The notes under the pieces were generated by a model. That model did not search any database. It was given only the letters and a program-made list of their open reading frames with translations, and was not told the DNA's origin. Made by a program: the position numbers and the translations under genes. DNA of 51,176 nucleotides, filler included, from Dirinaria sp. TL-2023a (Eukaryota), in assembly GCA_051941275.1 (NCBI GenBank). It is 3 parts of 3 records of this genome, joined end to end, with 100 filler letters (N's around TTAATTAATTAA, not from the genome) between each part and the next. Parts side by side here need not be neighbours in the genome. Positions count along the whole stretch, not along the records: positions 34,201 to 51,176 come from JAVEBF010000461.1; 2 more parts are not named here. One strand, written 5' to 3'. This document shows, piece after piece, positions 36,303 to 48,690 of this stretch; the first letter of the stretch is position 1, and each line of letters opens with the position of its first letter.

Positions 36303-36771
36303 GGTGCAGCGGCTCTGGGTTTCATGTACTATACAGTTTGAAGTCCTGCATAAATGAGAAATTGGTAGTATCACAGCTCTCAAAGTAAATCTTTGTCAAA
36401 CTTGCACGGCGTAGAATTCAACGGTGATTTCAGCACCGATCTAAAACCAGGACTGCAATTGATTCGCGTGAAGGCAACCTTGAATGTAGGGTATTTGGTA
36501 TGATGTGGCACGAGTACCTGACCTACCTAAGATAGGGTGAGGTGAGCCTGCATGAAACGTCATAGGTACGAGTACTCGTACTGCATGGACCTCTCAAGTC
36601 ACTCGTCAAGTCACTCATACGGCAAGGGAAGGTCCTGAAGTCCAGAAAATCAATCATTCGCAACGTCTTCCATCTGTCTTTACTGCTGCGGTTCCCCCAT
36701 ACATGATACTACACCTACGGTCTTGAGGCTGATCACCTGCGAGATCTTTGCATAGATTGCTGAGACACCCA

Positions 36772-37461
36772 ATGTCCACCCCTCCGTCCCCGCCCTTCGC
36801 GTTGGTCCTTCCCTCGCGCCCTGTATACGCGGCGCCTACTGCATTGTCTGAGACTCAATACGCATTCACATTTCCCCAATCCCCACCATTCTCTCATATT
36901 GTAGCTTTCCTTCTGCCAGGCACGATTCTCCCTGCGGATACTCTCGCAGGAGTATACATCCAATTTCCTAGCTCCGCTCCTGCTTTCAAATTCTTAGGCG
37001 CACTCGGAAACGACAAGCAAAGCGTGATTTTCCGCGTGGGTGTCGGAGAAGCGAACGCGCAGCCAGACGCAGGCGGCGTGGATCAGGATGAAATGACAGA
37101 TATAGACGCGCCAGCCGCCAGTGGGCTTGCAGCGCCGACAGGAGAAGTAATCGTAGGAGTATCTATTGAGCCAGCTGCCTCCATCCAAACCCAACTAGCA
37201 AATCTCAAATCCGCCAGATCGGCCTCATCTACTGCGCTGATTCCTGCGAAAGCTCAACAGCCCACGGCACTGACTACAAAGCTATTGGCACAGCGGATCA
37301 TAGAAAATGCTTTCAATTTTTTGGCCAGCTTTTCAGGCAGTACGACAGGTCCTGGTGGTGAAGAGATGGTGCCGTTGAGAAGCTTCAAGGCATGGTGGGA
37401 AAAGTTTGAGCGAAGAGTCGAAATGGATCCTGGCTTTCTGGAGAAACAAGATGACGCATAA
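36772..37461 (+). CDS. opi10: Hikeshi/OPI10 family Hsp70 nuclear import carrier (DUF775)
   Basis: FSHIVAFLLPG...AGVYIQFP...FKFLGALGNDKQSVIFRV; VGVSIEP; LAQRIIENAFNFLASF; VPLRSFKAWWEKFERRVEMDPGFL. Confidence 0.92.
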   Translation: MSTPPSPPFALVLPSRPVYAAPTALSETQYAFTFPQSPPFSHIVAFLLPGTILPADTLAGVYIQFPSSAPAFKFLGALGNDKQSVIFRVGVGEANAQPDAGGVDQDEMTDIDAPAASGLAAPTGEVIVGVSIEPAASIQTQLANLKSARSASSTALIPAKAQQPTALTTKLLAQRIIENAFNFLASFSGSTTGPGGEEMVPLRSFKAWWEKFERRVEMDPGFLEKQDDA

Positions 37462-38741
37462 TCTGACATGTGCAGTGAACTCAATATCGAGCCTCTGGAG
37501 CTTTATTCTGGGGTTTAGGAGCGCCACCGTCCGGATTCTAGCCTTGGACATCCGGTGGCCCAGAAATGTCAGCCCATCTCCCGCATTTTAGACTCCAGAA
37601 TAAGGATCGCTGGGTCTTTATAAGCTATTGTACAAGAATGTATCGAATTATAGGTGTCTCATATTCTTCCCTTCGCGCCGGTGCGTGTAAGGAGTGGTTC
37701 ACTGCACAATGTGGCCTCGATACAGCTATGTAAAATGGTCACGAAAGCTTGCGACTAAGAGTACAATCAAGTGGCGCAGACTTTAGCTCCACTTTGCCTA
37801 TCTTCGCAATACTCTCCAGGTCCTTTACCATTGAATTGTCGGAACGCCTCGACCGTAGAGATTAGTAGAAAGCGAGCTGGCCGCGTGTCAGCATCAGAAG
37901 ATTTCTCAACGAATTCGGGAGTCTTAACATCTCAAGCAAGCTTCTTGGCGAGCCATGAAGGAGTCAAAGGAAAAGCAAGTACCTCCGCTTCACGGCGGAG
38001 CCACTATCTTGCAAGAAAAGCGGTTTATTCCCGTCGCCACTCGTCCATATCTATGCTGGTAAAAGCTTATACAGATTTACAACTGCTTTCCATGGCACTA
38101 GGACACTCCTATAGCGGATTACGTGGCCAAAAAACTCACGCAAGGTAGGAAATCATGAAAGCAAGATTGCATCATTATTCAGAGGCAGGAAACAGACTAC
38201 TGAACCCCCTTCCAGTTTCGGCACGGCCTGAACCGATGCAATACTCAGACAGCCTCGCCTTGCTTGCAAATTCAGCGAAGGATCAATGCCCCCCTTGATT
38301 TTTGAACTATGGCTACGGTTCGCTGCTTTCCATGGTCTAACTATTGACCCTCGGGCAGAATTAATTCTTTCTTGGCGTTAGATCTCATATATTCCACTAA
38401 AGCTTGATCCTGATCATACGGATGCCCACAGGTAGCCAGAAGTGCTCATAGTACAAAAGTTTAAGACCTCTCTGGCTCAACACAAGCCAATTTGCTCAGC
38501 TGGCTGGGCTGGCCACTTCACGCTTTCCGGAGCTTGGTGGAGAGTCACGGTGGTCCAATTATGCTATATCTACTACAACAACGGCCATCGGCTGACCTTC
38601 TGCACTCCTTTAGCTGCTTCACCTTAGATTGGATCGTGGTTCTGGACGAGGCACATTTCCACTTCGAAAGTCTGAAAGGCCTTGGAAGCTTCCACGATTC
38701 CACCATTTGTCAAGCGATTGATCTTCTCCTTCTACCTCAAC

Positions 38742-39791
38742 ATGCAGGGTCTTTTTGCAATTTTCGTTCTAATAGCCGCTGTTCAGGCAAATCCGGTTGC
38801 GGTTCCACAAGCAGTCACTGCAGCCATCTCTCCAAGTGTCGCTGCTCCCCCCGGATGTACAAATGCTTTCAGTGGAACCTTTGGCATCGCTGTATATAAC
38901 CTTAGCACGTCGGCAGCAGCCAACAAAAAGCGAGAAGTTGCTACACAGGTAACTGAGTTAGTATTACCAGCGGCACAAATGCTACATGTTTGGACTTACT
39001 GACCAACTATTAACAGTGGCCAAATCCAAGCGGAGACTCTGGCGCCAGTCAGTGTGATCAGTGACGGCCAGATCCAGGCCGCTATCCCCACAACGACAAT
39101 TGTACCCATCGAGCAAATTGGAGACGGCCAGATTCAAGCACATACAACATCAGTCGTTCCCGTCTCCCAAATTTCAGATGGCCAAATTCAAGCACATGCA
39201 ACATCAGTCGTCCCTGTCACCCAAATTTCAGATGGCCAAGTTCAAGCACTTGCAACGTCAGTCCCCCCTGTCACCCAAATTGGAGATGGTCAGCCGCAAG
39301 CACCGACAGCTGTGTCACCGACTTCAACTGCTGCTGCCGTCAGCCAAATCTCAGACGCACAAGTTGAAGCACCTACCAGTGCAGCCGCTTCCAGCCCGCC
39401 CGTTGCAACTGATCTTGCCGCAACCGAAGCCTCGGACGCCCAAATATCCGAGGCTACACCTTCAGCTCCGCTCCCGGATCCTAAAACGGTGGTCTGCCAG
39501 CAGGAAAGCTCACTTGCATTGACTCTCGACAACGGCGTGCTCAAGGATACGCAAGGGAGGACTGGATACATTGCTTCCAACTACCAACTCCAATTCGATG
39601 CACCACCGCAGGCAGGAGCAATCTATACCAGTGGCTTCACAGTCTGCGCCAATGGTACTCTTGCCCTCGGCGGCTCCAACGTCTTCTATCAATGTCTCAG
39701 CGGGGACTTTTATAACCTTTACGATCGGTCGTGGGCCGCTCAATGCTCCCCCGTCTCCATCAATACAGTGGAGCTCGTCAGCTGCTCTTGA
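38742..39791 (+). CDS. PIR-repeat cell wall protein (Pir/Cis3 family), 2 exons
   Basis: Signal peptide, FSGTFGIAV, Kex2 site KKR, six QI(S/G)DGQIQA-type repeats plus two degenerate ones, C-terminal 4-Cys domain LTLDNGVLKDTQGRTGYIASNYQLQFDAPPQAGAIY; intron 38957-39016. Confidence 0.93.
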
Positions 39792-40960
39792 GGTATAGAA
39801 AGGTTTCGGTTCGAGTATCGCACGGATCATGCCTATGCCGCCTGCAAAGAGAAATGTGTCAGGGGGCGATTATTTTCTAAGTTTTGCTATGGATTTGATA
39901 TGATAGTTTGCTTCGGCCCCATGGCCTGCTCAGGTTTCTCTTGTTCGGAGCTACTTCACTGTTCCAATCCGTAAGATATTGACCAACTCAGCTCTCAGTA
40001 ATTGTTTCTCGGCAGAGAAGCCCAAAAGTCGCGGCGTGACTTACATATAGTCCGCTTCCGCATTGATAATACTGCCTGTTATTTGATTCTGCGCAGACAT
40101 TAGTACTGAAAACATACAATCGGCGCCGTGAATCTGATTCGAGCTACACCACTAAACACATTAATGCTATATATCTATCACCCGGTGCTTTCCCCTTGTG
40201 GACGGAGTGTCGGGCCGGACTCCCCTCCATGCTTGGCTGTGAAGACTTTTCACCTCTAAGGTTTAATAACAGAACGGACTTTTTTAGCATGTCAATCATT
40301 GGATTTGATCTTGTCTCTCAGTGACTCAGTGACCCACCATAATCCTTTTACCGTGCCATGCATCGAACCACCTCTGACCGGCCGTGCGCAAGTCAAGGTC
40401 GTGTACAAAGCCTTGGCTATGGCATGAAAAATAGCTCCCTTGTCCAAGCTAGGGTCTTGAAGTGATTAGGAATCAATGTACCTTACGTAGCTCACTGCCG
40501 ATGGTAGCTGTGAGCTTCTCGTGTTTTTTATTGGTGTTTTAGTTGCTCTTCTATACTCTCTGCATTGGTCCTTGCATGGGTACTATCCGGTGGTGTGGCT
40601 CATCTCACATCAAAGACACCACACCCCGGTTTTTGCAAAAACCTTCTGCGCATTTCCGGATTATCCTCGTCCACTCCTACGGCAAACGTGGGGTAAAGGG
40701 ACGAAGGATTATGACGCTAGATTTTTCGTATGCAGGTCATGCTTTTCAGGGGAGGATCGCCAATAGCTGGCGCGGAGAAAGGAGCTCCACAAGCTGATCA
40801 ATCCAAAGTATATTGGCCAACCGTTGGTTCCTGACATCAAGTGCCTACAGTACCTTACGCAATGGTAATAGTCATGCCAAAACCGACAATATAAGTAGGT
40901 AAAGTCTTCACCTTCTAGCAGTCCAGCCTCTACTATCACATTACTTGGCTTGTGTCCGCG

Positions 40961-43900
40961 ATGGCGCCCCAACGTAGGACTGGCACTGTGGACATTATTG
41001 ACATTCGCCAGCAAGAGCTTGATTTCTCACTGTTAGACGAAATTCATCAGTGCTTACGTACTACGCACCAGTCTGAGAAGACGCTACCGACCCTCCTCCT
41101 TTATGACGAGAAAGGATTAAAATTATTTGAGGATATCACCTACCTCGACGAGTACTATCTAACAAACGCGGAGATCGAAGTCCTCACGAAGTATGCTGTC
41201 GACATTGCTCAGCACATACAAGATGGATCCTTGATCGTTGAACTGGGGAGCGGGTAGGCTCCCATGTTCTTGCTTCCTTTGAAAGCGTCCTAGCGATCAT
41301 CGAAAAGGATCAAAAGCTCCGTATTGCGGACCCGGGGGTGACTGACTGACCATTAGCAACCTCCGCAAAATCAAGATATTGTTGGCAGCGCTTGAAAATG
41401 CAGGAAAGCAGATCGACTACTATGCGTTAGATGTCTCCCTGAAAGAGCTCGAACGCACTTTCTCGGTTCTTCAAGAAGGAGAGTTCCAGCATGTAAGGTG
41501 CCATGCACTTTTGGGCACTTATGATGATGGCCTGGCATGGCTGAAGCAGCCAGAGAACCGCCAAAGGCCTTACTGTATCATGTCTATGGGTTCAAGTATT
41601 GGTAATTTTGATCGATATGAAGCAGTAACGTTCTTGAGCAACTTTGCACAAATCTTACGGCCACACGATTTCTTATTAATCGGCCTGGACGCTTGTCAGG
41701 AGGAGAAGAAAGTCTTCCATGCTTACAACGATCGCAAGGGGACAACACATGATTTCGTCCGTAATGGTCTCACGCATGCCAATAGGCTTTTCGGCACAGA
41801 CGTATTCAAAGCAGAAGAGTGGGACATCGTTGGACGCTACAACATTGTCAAGCAATGCCATCAGGCGTTTTACGAAGCCAGGAAGAATACTATTGTCGAT
41901 GGCGTTAAGATCAAAGCTGGGGAAAAGATTCGAATCGAGGAAAGCCACAAGTATTCGCAGTCTCAGCGCTCCGAGCTCTGGCGGAAGACGAACTTGGTAC
42001 TTAAAGCTGACTTTGGAAACAGCGCTGGTGATTATTGTAAGAATCTACCTTCTCCCACTTGTTTGTCGAGGCACTACCTTCCGATCTTGTACTGAGGTTC
42101 ACCACAAGCCATCAATGATCTACAAGATCCTAGTCTGAACGTTTACCCCTATCTATGCGTGCTGGGCATACCTTACTGTGCATTCGCTCGTGCCTTCTCC
42201 CCCACGTTATTACATAATCCCGTGTACAACGACCTTGACAACTGTCACGCGGATGCTGCTGCGTTGGTCTTCTTGACTACTTACAGCTTGACATTTTGTG
42301 TATACAGTACTAATCCAAAGCCTTTGCAGACATTAGCCTTTTGAATACCCCAACTATGGCTTTCCCCTTAACGCCTGAAGATTACGCTTCGAAACCAGTG
42401 CCCGCGTTGCTCGAATTTGAGCAGCTTTGGTCAGTATGGGATACTGTGACCAGACAGATGCTGCCAGATGACGAATTACTGTCTAAACCAATCAAGTTGA
42501 GGAACTGTTGCATCTTCTATTTGGGTCATATCCCCACGTTTCTGGACATTAAATTGGCTGGTGCCACAGACAATCGTCCCACAGACCCAAGCTCATACTG
42601 GGACATTTTCGAACGAGGTATTGATCCTGATGTGGACAACCCAGAGCAGTGCCATGCACACAGCGAGCCCCCCGAGGAGTGGCCGGCTGTTGAAGAGATT
42701 CTTGAGTACCAAGAGCGGGTGCGCGGTCGAGTCAGATCGGCCTATTCGAACGGCACTGCGCTCACGAGTCGGAAAATAGGTAAAGTACTCTGGCTTGGCT
42801 TTGAACATGAAGGTCAGTATCGATTTCTTCTCCAATGGACACGTATTGATATATAGGCGCAGCCATGCATCTAGAGACGCTACTCTACATGCTCGTGCAG
42901 AGTGATAAAATCCTTCCCCCTCCTGGAGTTGCACCCGATTTCAAGGCTCTTGCTCAGCAAGCGGAGAAGAATGCAGTGCCTAATGAATGGTTTGACATTC
43001 CCGACAGCACTGTCTATATAGGGACAGACGACCCCGAGAGTGACGGCGGCCCTGACCGCTACTTTGGCTGGGACAGCGAGAAGCCGCAACGGCAAGCGCG
43101 TGTCCCAGCTTTTCAAGCAAAAGCAAGGCCGATCACTAATCAGGAGTATGCTCAGTACCTTGAAGAAACTCATCAACAGAAAGTCCCCGCCTCGTGGGCC
43201 TCAGCAGAAGAAAGACACAGCAACGGCACGACAGAGTTAAATGGCCTCTATGGAGCGAGCACCAACGGTGACATCTTGGATAGCCAGAATGGCAACAAGG
43301 AAAATAATCATCTGAACAGCAAGTCAGTCCGAACAGTGTTCGGATTAGTGCCCCTCAAGTACGCTCTTGACTGGCCGGTTTTTGCATCTTTTGACGAGCT
43401 TTCTGGTTGCGCCAAATGGATGAATGGCCGCATCCCAACTGCGAAAGAAGCACAGAGTATTTATAGTCACGTAGATGGGCTTAAGTCCAAGGAGGCAGAG
43501 AAGGTACAGGTGCAAACTATCTCTGCCGTCAATGGGTAAGTGAAGCCGAGAGAATCAAGCAGACAACGTTGTAACATTTCTGAAGGCATCTATCCAATAA
43601 TGGTGTCGAAGAGTCGCCGCCATCATCTCTTCACAGTAACGGTGCTTCCAGCACCGGCTCCGCTCCAAACCCACACCAGCTCTTTGCCAATCTTACGGGC
43701 TGCAATGTGGGCTTCCAAAATTTTCACCCAATGCCTGTGACACAGAAAGGGGATACCTTATCAGGCAGAAGCAATCTGGGTGGCGTGTGGGAGTAAGTCT
43801 TCTAGTGCTGGCCTTGCATTATGCTTCGTGCTGATCAAGTCAGGTGGACTAGTTCGGTGCTGGAAAAGCATGAAGGCTTCGAACCGATGGGCTTATATCC

Positions 43901-44161
43901 TGCATATACGGGTAACTTCACCAACCGAAATTATAGTCCACTTGTTCGAAGCTAACCATTTCAAGCCGACTTTTTCGATGGGAAGCACAACATTGTGCTC
44001 GGTGGCTCTTGGGCGACCCACCCTCGGATCGCTGGCAGGAGAAGTTTGTAAGTCTCCATACTCCTGATATCACAGCGACCACTGATTCAGGCAGTGTCAA
44101 CTGGTATCAGCGCAACTACCCCTTTGTTTGGGCGGGGGCACGAGTAGTCCGCGATCTCTAA
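40961..44161 (+). CDS. egt1: Ergothioneine biosynthesis protein 1 (histidine trimethyltransferase + hercynylcysteine sulfoxide synthase), 8 exons
   Basis: EgtD-like KTLPTLLLYDEKGLKLFEDITYLDEYYLTNAE, VELGSG|NLRK, MGSSIGNF; DinB-like KPIKLRNCCIFYLGHIPTFLD, FERGIDPDVDNPEQCHAHSE, Fe motif HEAMHLET; FGE-sulfatase GGVWEWT, DFFDGKHNIVLGGSWATHPRIAGR, NWYQRNYPFVWAGARVVRDL*. Confidence 0.96.
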
Positions 44162-45177
44162 AGAACAACAAACATTGGCAAACTGTTCAGGGACCTCAAC
44201 GCTCTTGCTCCATAACATGTTGTCAGGCTTTCAACTAGCTTAGACCTTTCCATGTCTTTATGCTACTTATGAATGCACATTCTTATTAAATTGCCTGATC
44301 TTTATAAAACCGAGACCAGCCTTTTAACCCGGTCCAGATCCGTAAAGGGCTTCGGCCTCAACGCCCTCGGAACAAGGGCTGTAGGTGTGCTCTCAATTCC
44401 CTATGGAAATGGAAGTGGGGCATTGGATCGGGCGCCTCTTCCATCTTGCACCGCATCTCCCCGGTGTCAATTCACCTCGTTTGCCTTATTCGGAAATCCA
44501 ACCATTACTTTACTGAGTCAGATGTGGAGTCATTAGGAGCGTCTCAAATAGAGGCCGTACTTCAGCTGCCGTGGACTGGCGGACAGACAAGTATGGTAGG
44601 ACTCTGCCTCGTCAATCCGATGACCAGGTCTTGGCAAGAACGTCAAACGCACAAAATACCACCATGATGTCCGTCTTTTCCCTGAATATATGTATCATGT
44701 TTCCTGAGACACTTCTATTGCCTTCCGTTTCCATTTTGGTTTCTGATCTTTGACGGTGCCCATGGCATCAGACACTGCTTCGATTTTCAGAGTTGAAACT
44801 CGGCTGGACCTATTGACGAAAATTGGTGTCCTATTTCCCTAAAATCCTAGTCTAGGAACGGACTACCATCAATGGCATTGGTTGCCGAAGATTAAGGTCC
44901 TGTTATTGTTTGCAGGGTTTCTATTTACACAATGTCTGGGGTTCATCATTCCAATGTTGAATCATCTCCTTCACCACGCGTTGCTCATCACAACACGCGT
45001 ACTCTGCCATCACATCCGAGCCTGTCTATTTCCACCCATTTTCCATTGTTTTTCCCCAGAGAGCTTTGTCATCCTCAATCGGTACCGCAGCTTGCTAAGA
45101 TCTCTTCTTCTTCCTGCCCTACCAACCCTGCATTACCAGCACAAGCCAGAAATTATTCATCTTTGTACGCTAGCAAA

Positions 45178-47092
45178 ATGGGCAATGGAATTCTGTACAG
45201 GTGGGAAGGTAAGCTAGTATTTCCGCTCTGAATTTGGAAGCAAGTGATATGACTGACTATCCTATCTTAGACAACAACCATGGCCTAGGTAGGACAGCAT
45301 CTAGCCTTGAGCAGATCACTGCGTAGCCGATTTGCTGACACTGGTGCAGAACATAAATGCGGTACTTGTGCAACGGTACTGTCCAGCCCGAGAGCGAAAA
45401 AGACCTGTTTTGGTGTTCACGAAGAGGTCTGTATCAAGTACCACAAGACTCTCTTTTTTCTTGGTATTTAAACCCGGCGAGAACTCCTTCATTTAATTCT
45501 TGTGAAGTCATGCTGACTGTGCTGTTTCTGAAGGCATGTCTCACAAATGCGAGTCGTATGTTGAACCCACAATTCAGTACGTATGGATATTCTGCAAGCT
45601 AATCCGATGCAGTTGCAAAATAAGTCGAGAGGTCCATAACAAACGCCATCGAGAGATCGTGGAATTAGTGAAAGCAATCCAAAGGACCGATGGTGATCTT
45701 CAAAGTATTACGAGCCCGACCTTCGCCAGGCAAAGAAGGTTCCCAAGTGATGAAAATGCCAGCGTATCTTCAAGACCTTCCAGCTCGGCAGACGATATCA
45801 CACTGGAGAGCGATTGGGAAGACTCGAGTACTCTCTTGGATGAAGACGATGATTCCAAGGCCTTGGGCGGCAAAGAAAAAGCGCTTTCCAAGAAAGCCCA
45901 AAGAGCGGAGCGAAAAGTAGCCAGAAATCAAGCCAAATTCAGGATCATTACGCCAAAGGACATGGCCGCAGTGGATTCAGCATTACATCCGAAGAATCCA
46001 TCTGCAAACAGCTTTGCTCTTGAACAGAGCTCAAATCCGTTGAACGACCGCACCATTGAAGCAAACATCGCTTTCAACGCGGGAACCTTCGAGTTCGGTA
46101 CTCTGCGTGAAACCGTGCATAGAAAAAGAATGCTCAAGAACAATGGCCCTTCAAAGGATGAAATTAGTGATGCCCTAGCCGATGGAGCCATCCTCCTGGA
46201 TACAATTGTTCGCAAGCTAGGAATCTGCAGCGAAACAACAAACAATTCAAAACAGAGGAAGAGCCTCATGGCAAAGCTGCATGAAGCTATTAAGGCCGAT
46301 CTATTATGTGTTGCTAACGAAGACAGGGATACCATGGAAAGAATGGCTGGCTATTGGAGGTACGCCAATCGCCGCACGTACAATGTCATGGTGAGGAACA
46401 ACCAGCTTTGGGACTGGGCAACGGGCGCGAAGCTGGAAGAAATTGAGGAGGAGGAAGAAGAAGAAGAAGGCGAAGACGACACAGTAAGCCTGGACGAAAG
46501 ATTCTCTGAAAGTAGCACAGCTGCCACCACCCCTACTATCCCCTACTCCTTGCCCGACACCGATGGCTCCAAAAAAGAGGCTTTTGATTTTGCTGGCGAA
46601 ATAGCACCAGCAGGAGAAAGGTTTGACACCGATCGAGCGACCAGAAGAAAGGATGCCCCTGCATCATCAGCTTTCGCCGGCAAGGCTGACACTCGTCATA
46701 TTCAATCTCCCACTCGAGTCCTCGCTGCTGATAATGTCGAAAAAGCAGCAGTCTCAGCCCCACTTCCAGCAGTAACTCCTCCGCGTCGCTCAGCCTGGGC
46801 GCTACAGGATGTCAACAACAGATTCTCTCCGCTTGCAGCTATTAGCGAAGAAGAACCTGCCCCTACCAGGAATCCTGTACCTGCGATTACTGTCATCGCT
46901 CGCAATCGATCACCGATTCGCATTCCGGAGTCTCCCGCCTCTCCAGGGTCTATAACGCCATCCAATAAGAATCGACAAAAACCAGGAGACAAAAAACGTG
47001 GACCAAGAGCTGGGATACCGGCTTCTAGGAAAGGAGGCACTACTAACGGGAATGTTACAAGTTATGCCAGTATGCTCAAGCATGGGCTTTAA
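45178..47092 (+). CDS. Hypothetical protein with N-terminal Cys/His zinc-binding domain encoded by small exons (5 exons; in-frame upstream ATG at 44932 possible)
   Basis: Exons 45178-45208, 45271-45288, 45350-45463, 45534-45555, 45613-47092 splice in frame via GT-AG introns with branch points; downstream conserved-looking block EDRDTMERMAGYWRYANRRTYNVMVRNNQLWDWATGAKLEEI. Confidence 0.8.
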
Positions 47093-47332
47093 ATGTGCCG
47101 GGGGGATGGGCGCTTAAACCGTCAGCATCAGCTCCTTTGTCACGTTTTGCTCTTTGTTCATTGAAGACTGTTCTGCATGCTGCTCTGTACATCTTCTTTC
47201 CGTTCTGCATGTGCTACTTACGGAAGCGGTATCAGCCGAGATTGGACAAGAATCTTGTGGAGCTTGCTTGAAAATACTGGAGCACAGTTTTAGTTCAATT
47301 TTGTACACGAAATGGAATAGCTGGGGGGTATC

Positions 47333-48481
47333 CTAAACTAGAAAAATAGGTATCTCGTCGATATCCAAATGACTCTTCTCTTTCTCTTTTCGTTCTCGTT
47401 CTCTTCGTTTTAAGCGGTCCAAAACTGCTTCTCTCGATTTGTGTATCGGTGAAGGTGATGGGGATCTTGATCTTCCCGGTTTGGAAACTTCTGATGTCGA
47501 TGTAGAGGGCTTTGAAAATTTTCTGGGCTTGGTACGTTCTCCAAAGTCCATGCGCTTCACTGGATCTATGGGATCAGAACGCTTCTTGGGTGCAGGAGCA
47601 TCTAGATCATCACTATCTGCATCGTCTGTCTCAGGTTCATCTTTTTTCAAATCCGTACTGCTCTTCTTGGCTCCTTCGATCCGACCAAACTCTTTGAAGA
47701 TATTCGACCTCGAGTGAGACATATCCGACAGATTCTTCGGTCTTTCATACCCAGCCGCAGCCCGCGTACTTGATTTGATACCGTGCAAGCCGCTCAAACT
47801 CGTGATATTTTTTCTCGGCGAGCGCTTCATGAGTTCCCCCAACGCGGTCCCAACACCAGGCGCATCGCCTCGATCATCGCTCTCCAGATCTTCCAAATCA
47901 CTCTCTTCCTCCTGGCCCCTTTTCGCGTTTACCCCACCGTTCAGCTTCTCCAGCAAGCCCTTCGTCCGCTTTTCCCGCGCCTCCGCCTCTTTCTGCCTCT
48001 TCGTCTCTTCTCTCATTTGCGTGATCGAGTCGACGCGCCGGTTTGTAGCTGGCGGACGCGTCTTGGAAAGCCGCTTCAAGCGCTGGTACTCGGCGTGGTG
48101 GAGATGGGAGGTGAATGTGCGCGCGGTGGAGAGGAACTCGTCTTCGACCATGATATATATGTCATCGTGCGCCAGGCCAGGGCGCATGTATTCGATCGAA
48201 GGGGGTGCGGGGGGTGCGGAGCTGGTCGGCGGAGGAGAGGACGACGGCGCACGATCTAGACATGCATATTCAGAGTTATAATTTCAATGAGAAAGCTGGG
48301 AATACGCACCACTGTCATTGCGCCGAGGGGGAGGAGGGGCGGGGTGAGTCGTTGAGGTATCGGAATCGGAGTCTGCCCGGAAGTTGAGGGTGCGCTGGCG
48401 CTTTGCGGGTCGCTCGGTAGATGCTGCATTCGGGGGTTTTGTGCTTGTAGTTCTTTTAAGCCAGGGGAGTGTTCGACCCAT
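47333..48481 (-). CDS. Conserved-looking hypothetical fungal protein (2 exons)
   Basis: MGRTLPWL exon joined by intron 48256-48309 to ...EYMRPGLAHDDIYIMVEDEFLSTARTFTSHLHHAEYQRLK...SSTRAAAGY...DEIPIFLV*. Confidence 0.8.
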
Positions 48482-48690
48482 GCTTCCCTCGCTCAGAGTG
48501 AGGAATGCGCAAAGACGTGAATAATTGAGGGAGGGGTGAAATTTGCCAGAAGAGGAAAGCTTGCCGAAGCTCGACTAGTGCGATTCCGTACCGTAAATGT
48601 CCTGCTTTCTCTTCCAATTGCCCTTTCATGTCTTCAATAGGAGCATTACAGCTAGTCTAGTTACCAGATTGGGATCTTCTTTCTACCGTC

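Noticed and set aside
35300..36720. TPP riboswitch near the thiamine-related Nudix gene
   Set aside because: No recognisable TPP aptamer core (UGAGA plus CUGAU...AUGC...GGGA arrangement) in the intron or upstream; the intron is only 52 nt.
39054..39310. 48-bp periodic repeats that superficially resemble a CRISPR-like array
   Set aside because: They are in-frame coding PIR repeats of a eukaryotic cell-wall protein.
42100..42145. Box C/D snoRNA in the egt1 long intron (ATGATC...CTGA)
   Set aside because: Box C is imperfect and only about 15 nt from the CTGA, too short for a snoRNA; no terminal stem seen.
38742..47092. Ergothioneine gene cluster around egt1
   Set aside because: Neighbours (PIR protein, zinc-finger hypothetical) have no evident pathway link and no Egt2-like C-S lyase is in the window.
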